Positions 60,405-64,000 of a stretch of DNA of 64,000 bases are shown here, piece after piece. A program made the translations under genes and the position numbers. Positions within the stretch are counted from its first letter, which is position 1, and each line of letters begins with the position of its first letter. Location of the stretch: positions 12,722-76,721 of the IMG/VR virus record IMGVR_UViG_3300035142_000030. One strand, written 5' to 3'. Below the pieces are notes generated by a model. It saw only the letters and a program-made list of their open reading frames with translations, ran no database searches and had not been told where the DNA came from. The stretch comes from a virus.

Positions 60405-60640
60405 CGTAGTAAGATTGACCACTGGGGGGATTTGCACACAATAGGTCAAACGTGGCACTAAGAGACGAGCGGATATGTGTGACGGCTTGCTGTAAAGTCG
60501 GAAGTAGGTCTCAACCCAAAGGACGCAGCGTTTCACTTTGGGCACTATGCCGACGGGGCTCGTTTATACGAAGCAAGATTGGTATACGTGAGTTGAAAAC
60601 CTTACAACACCTGTAGGGATTAACTTCTCACGTTCACTAA
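60405..60640 (+). ncRNA. Putative structured RNA upstream of nuclease gene
   Basis: GC-richer island with nested helices (TTGACC/GGTCAA; ACGAGC/GCTCGT; GTCGG/CCGAC; CCCAAAG/CTTTGGG; ACGTGAG/CTCACGT). Confidence 0.45.
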
Positions 60641-60709
60641 CCTCAAAAGCTGATTACCAAAGCAATTAGTTAAATATATAATACTTAATATATAAATAAT
60701 AACTAAATA

Positions 60710-61183
60710 ATGGAACATATTAATAGACCTTATGTATACCTTATTACAGATTGTAGATATTATAAAATAGGGAAAAGTTTAAATCCATTTAAAAGACTAA
60801 AGCAATTGAGAACAGCAAATCCAAATTGCGAACTACTTGGATATTCTAAAAAATATACAGAAAAGACTTTGCATAAAAGATATAAGAAGTGGAAAGTTTC
60901 TGGCGAGTGGTATAATTTGCCTCAATATGAAGTGGAGCATATATTATTAGTTATGCGTTCACCTAAAAAGAAAAGAAGTCACGTAGAGTTTAAGAAAATG
61001 GAGATGTCTAATTATGTTGTGCCATATGGAGAATATAAAGGCAGAAAGTTAAATACAATGAATAGCGTTGACGAAATAAGGTATCTTAGAAAACAAATAA
61101 GAGAATTGCCAAGATTATGTGAAGAGTGGGTAATGTTTACAAGGTGGAATAAAGAATGGATTATTAATAATCCTGTTAAATAA
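60710..61183 (+). CDS. GIY-YIG superfamily (T5orf172-like) nuclease
   Basis: YVYLI...YKIGKS..P.KRLKQL.T.NP...EK.LH.....GEWY. Confidence 0.8.
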   Translation: MEHINRPYVYLITDCRYYKIGKSLNPFKRLKQLRTANPNCELLGYSKKYTEKTLHKRYKKWKVSGEWYNLPQYEVEHILLVMRSPKKKRSHVEFKKMEMSNYVVPYGEYKGRKLNTMNSVDEIRYLRKQIRELPRLCEEWVMFTRWNKEWIINNPVK

Positions 61184-61229
61184 TTTGTTTTCAATAAAAA
61201 ATATTCTTATCTCTACAACCAAATATGAA

Positions 61230-61281
61230 AGCGTCTGGCTTACATTCAGAAGATCGGTGGTTTGAATCCATCAGCAGGTAC
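61230..61281 (+). pseudogene. 5'-truncated tRNA-Val(TAC)
   Basis: TCTGG-CTTACAT-TCAGA anticodon arm and T-arm present; 5' acceptor and D-arm missing. Confidence 0.5.
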
Positions 61282-61321
61282 TATTTTTTTTAATATATTT
61301 GTTAATTTAAAATATTTTTAT

Positions 61322-61459
61322 TATATTTGCAGTATGAAAAGATTTTGGTGTTTATATAGTTATTCGTTTTTGCTTTTCGCTATACAGGCGAGAGAATAGA
61401 ATAATTGTATATATACTATAATTATTGTTTCCTCGCCAAAAGCGGGGATTTGTTGTTTT
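61322..61459 (+). promoter_or_regulatory. Promoter plus leader peptide (61334-61399) attenuator before tRNA cluster
   Basis: MKRFWCLYSYSFLLFAIQARE; terminator TCCTCGC/GCGGGGA plus T-rich tail; GGCGAG can pair with CTCGCC. Confidence 0.6.
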
Positions 61460-61461
61460 AT

Positions 61462-61536
61462 GGCTCTGTGGTGGACGCGGCAATACACAACGGTTTTAAG
61501 CACCGTCTTTCGCGGGTTGGAGTCCCGCCAGAGCTA
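61462..61536 (+). tRNA. tRNA-Leu(TAA), short variable loop
   Basis: GGCTCTG/CAGAGCT acceptor; ACGGT-TTTAAGC-ACCGT. Confidence 0.75.
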
Positions 61537-61540
61537 CTAA

Positions 61541-61615
61541 GCCCATATGGCGGACGCGGGAATACGCGATAGTCTTAGGAACTATTTTTCACAGGTTCGA
61601 GTCCTGTTATGGGCA
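61541..61615 (+). tRNA. tRNA-Leu(TAG), short variable loop
   Basis: GCCCATA/TATGGGC acceptor; ATAGT-CTTAGGA-ACTAT; GGTTCGAGTCC. Confidence 0.85.
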
Positions 61616-61619
61616 CAAT

Positions 61620-61703
61620 GGAAGGATCGACAGCGGCCTGTCAGGGAGTCTTGAAAACTCTTATGCGATGTAACAGTTGGGGGATCGACACCTCATCCTT
61701 CCG
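61620..61703 (+). tRNA. tRNA-Ser(TGA)
   Basis: GGAAGGA/TCCTTCC acceptor, G discriminator, CTTGAAA loop, long variable region. Confidence 0.7.
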
Positions 61704-61709
61704 CAATTA

Positions 61710-61776
61710 GGGGTAGAACGGGTGGAAGCCTGGTCTGTAAAACCATTGCTCTGAAGTTCGATACTTCACTACCCCA
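61710..61776 (+). tRNA. tRNA-Tyr(GTA), atypical (short D arm)
   Basis: GGGGTAG/CTACCCC acceptor; TGGT-CTGTAAA-ACCA. Confidence 0.55.
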
Positions 61777-61780
61777 CAAA

Positions 61781-61865
61781 GGAAGATTGACTGAAAGGTA
61801 AGGTGCTGGTTTGCTAAACCAAGGCTAGGGTAATACCTAAACAGGCTCGATACCTGTATCTTCCG
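61781..61865 (+). tRNA. tRNA-Ser(GCT)
   Basis: GGAAGAT/ATCTTCC acceptor; TTGCTAA loop; long variable arm. Confidence 0.8.
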
Positions 61866-61870
61866 CAAAT

Positions 61871-61938
61871 AGATGTGAGCCAAGGTGGTGATGTAGCCTC
61901 CAAAACTACAGAAGAGAGTTCGATCCTCGTACGGAGTA
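61871..61938 (+). tRNA. tRNA-Trp(CCA), degenerate acceptor (possible pseudogene)
   Basis: GTAG-C-CTCCAAA-A-CTAC anticodon arm; GAG-TTCGATC-CTC T-arm. Confidence 0.45.
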
Positions 61939-61943
61939 CAAAT

Positions 61944-62014
61944 TGCCCTATAGAATAATGGTAGTTCATCTGACTTTGGATCAGATAGTTCCAGTTCAAA
62001 TCTGGATAGGGCAT
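61944..62014 (+). tRNA. tRNA-Gln(TTG)
   Basis: TGCCCTA/TAGGGCA acceptor; TCTGA-CTTTGGA-TCAGA. Confidence 0.85.
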
Positions 62015-62056
62015 CAAAATAATTTTTATTAATTTTTATTATTAAATAATTTTTTG

Positions 62057-62219
62057 TATATTTGTAAAATACTTTAAAGGATTATGATTTCATTAGGTAG
62101 AAAAAATATGGTTAATATTGATCGTGGAGCAACGCTAAACGAACAGGAGGATTTATTTGTCTAAATGAATTAAATAAAAAGACTAAGAGCCCTCCAAGAA
62201 ATTGAGAGGGCTCTTTTAT
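62057..62219 (+). promoter_or_regulatory. Promoter plus leader peptide (62084-62164) and terminator before second tRNA pair
   Basis: TATATTTG; MISLGRKNMVNIDRGATLNEQEDLFV; AAGAGCCCTC/GAGGGCTCTT plus T-run; GGAGG/CCTCC alternative pairing. Confidence 0.55.
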
Positions 62220-62292
62220 TGGCGCATAGTATAATTGGTAAGTACGCAAGGCTGATGCCCCTGAAATCTAGGTTCAATCCCTAGTGTGCCAA
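62220..62292 (+). tRNA. tRNA with GAT anticodon (Ile), atypical body
   Basis: TGGCGCA/TGTGCCA acceptor; CTGATGC loop; CTAGG-TTCAATC-CCTAG. Confidence 0.6.
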
Positions 62293-62298
62293 CAAAAC

Positions 62299-62372
62299 AG
62301 CGGGGTGGATTGGAGAGGCTTCCAGCTCTGTCTCATAAGCAGAACGACACGGGTTCGACTCTCGTCACGACC
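62299..62372 (+). tRNA. tRNA-Met(CAT), degenerate 3' acceptor
   Basis: TCTGT-CTCATAA-GCAGA; GGTTCGACTC; acceptor pairs poorly. Confidence 0.5.
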
Positions 62373-62687
62373 TCTTATCATTTAATTAACATTCAGTTAA
62401 TAATTTTCTTCTATACATTTATTTACTATATTTGAGCTATGAAAATAGCGATTATAATACTAGTATTAATGATTATCTCTTCAGGAGAAGAGAGAAAAAA
62501 AAAACTGTTGTAGACACAGAACTATTCAAGAAAGAACTTAATGAATCTATTTTAGAAGGATTTGGAGATATGCCTAAAGAATTTCTGTATTTTGTTAAAT
62601 AATAGTATATTGTTTTTTTTATTATATTTGCCATAATTAAATTTATTATTAACTAAGTTCAAACGGACGTAAAAATTCAAAAGAATT

Positions 62688-63134
62688 ATGGCACTTGTGA
62701 CTGTAACCACCACTTATCGAAACGATAAGGTATCGGCAGAAACACTTTTATTAAACACAGCAAAGATCGTCGATTTTTATAGTAAAGATGTTTCAAACAC
62801 AATTTTTTACTATAAAGAATTAGAAGATAGACGAGAAAAAACTATTAAGTACGAAACAGCATTAACTAATGCACAATTCGAAGCATTGTTCGATGAGGCG
62901 TTGTATGTAACTAGAATTGCATTACCCGTATTAGAGATTTATTCTCCATCGAAAAGGACATTTGCAGAAACGCTGAATGTAGCAGCAGGAGATATTATTA
63001 AGGCAAAAGACATTGATACAACTACTTCTTACTTATGGTTTGCTCGTGGAGCATTCCAGAAAGTAAAAGTAAAAGTAAATGCTACAATTGCAGAAATTGA
63101 AAGCGCTTCTAGCACATCAGATTCTATTTTATAG
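62688..63134 (+). CDS. Hypothetical (probably virion-associated) protein with internal duplication
   Basis: Two similar halves (AETLLLNTAKIV / AETLNVAAGDII); TATATTTG at 62623; terminator ~63158-63190. Confidence 0.55.
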   Translation: MALVTVTTTYRNDKVSAETLLLNTAKIVDFYSKDVSNTIFYYKELEDRREKTIKYETALTNAQFEALFDEALYVTRIALPVLEIYSPSKRTFAETLNVAAGDIIKAKDIDTTTSYLWFARGAFQKVKVKVNATIAEIESASSTSDSIL

Positions 63135-63213
63135 CAGCAAACTAATTTAATTAATTAAGGGACTAGACATTAATTTGTTTAGTCCTTTTGTTGTAAATAA
63201 AACTAACCAAACG

Positions 63214-63888
63214 ATGAATATACAAGAGATAGACGGAAGCGTATTTAAGTATAATCCTACAAGCAAGAATGCTCTTAAACAACTTCAAAAGGATTATCCT
63301 GAATTTGGAGAGTCACATTTGAAGGCAGGGTTAGGAAGCAATTCTATAGAGTATGACTTAGAACCTTTTAGGGAGAATGTTCTTAAATACGTTATTCTCT
63401 TGTATGATAAAAATTCACCTTTATGGAGCACAATACAAGATTTTAATCATAGAAAGATAACAGCCTTACAAATGGCAGGGTTTAAAGTTCAACCTAATGG
63501 GCAATTCTCTGTAGAAGTACAACAAGGAATAATTATGGGAAAGAACTCTGTAGTAAATAATATGATTGTGAGATACGTGTTCTTATTTAACAATCCTAAG
63601 TTTGTTATGCTTGTAGGATTGTTACAGGTATATATAAATCTATTTACAAAAATACAAAGTTCTAGCCCTAAAAAAGAAGAGCTTCTAATGTTTAAGCAGA
63701 CAGCAGAAGATATTGATAAACTAACTGCTGATATATTTGGGGGAAAAGAAAACCAAGAGTTAGAGAATACACTATACGAAGTTCTAAACATGAATAAGAT
63801 GTTGTTTAGACCAGAACATGTAGCAGAAAGAATAGCTAACGGAGAAGAACCAACTAACGCTAAGCCTTATGAACAAAGCGCAAGCTAA
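63214..63888 (+). CDS. Hypothetical protein, possibly terminase small subunit
   Basis: YVILLYDKNSPLW; overlaps the next gene; position after tRNAs. Confidence 0.4.
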   Translation: MNIQEIDGSVFKYNPTSKNALKQLQKDYPEFGESHLKAGLGSNSIEYDLEPFRENVLKYVILLYDKNSPLWSTIQDFNHRKITALQMAGFKVQPNGQFSVEVQQGIIMGKNSVVNNMIVRYVFLFNNPKFVMLVGLLQVYINLFTKIQSSSPKKEELLMFKQTAEDIDKLTADIFGGKENQELENTLYEVLNMNKMLFRPEHVAERIANGEEPTNAKPYEQSAS

Positions 63889-64000
63889 AGTAAAATATCA
63901 TGGTACAGAATATAGAAAATATGTAGATAAATATCAAGATGTAGACGAATACCAATGGTTAAATACAGATGATATAGACCTACATCCTATACGCACAAAG
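63869..64000 (+). CDS. 5' part of next gene (possibly terminase large subunit), truncated by window
   Basis: ATG 63869, MNKAQAKVKYHG..., open to the window end. Confidence 0.35.
   Translation, partial: MNKAQAKVKYHGTEYRKYVDKYQDVDEYQWLNTDDIDLHPIRTK

Noticed and set aside
1-64000. Stop-codon reassignment as in some crAss-like phages
   Set aside because: Long genes are intact in the standard code, and TAG and TGA terminate genes at normal junctions.

Overview
About 64 kb of an AT-rich lytic dsDNA phage of a Bacteroidota host. Evidence: crAss-like/podovirus tail module, many TAnnTTTG promoters, DUF3127 SSB-like gene, standard genetic code. Layout: 1-18.2 kb (+) tail ring/muzzle/ejection proteins and lysis genes; 20-28.3 kb (+) recombination and nucleic-acid genes (SMC-like ATPase, NinB-like, exonuclease, RuvC-like, DnaA-C HTH, glucosaminidase); 28.3-45 kb (-) chaperonin, nucleotide-metabolism and small genes; 45.7-47 kb long non-coding region; 48-55 kb accessory genes including a C5 DNA methyltransferase; 55-60 kb phosphoesterase, GroES and a glycosylation/modification cluster; 60-62.4 kb a structured RNA, a nuclease and a tRNA cluster; then probable packaging genes. 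Main finding: three arrays (18.3-19.8, 32.9-39.5, 48.1-50.2 kb) of integron attC-like inverted repeats (..AAC/GTT.. cores, extra-helical base, G/T-wobble bias). The segments between sites are bounded by private complementary ends, as excisable cassettes are. The genes are inverted relative to canonical integrons and no integrase is in the window. Many sites have a second, perfectly complementary outer arm giving two alternative folds. Second finding: a leader-peptide attenuator whose codons match the tRNAs downstream of it. All calls are by eye; no searches or folding were run.
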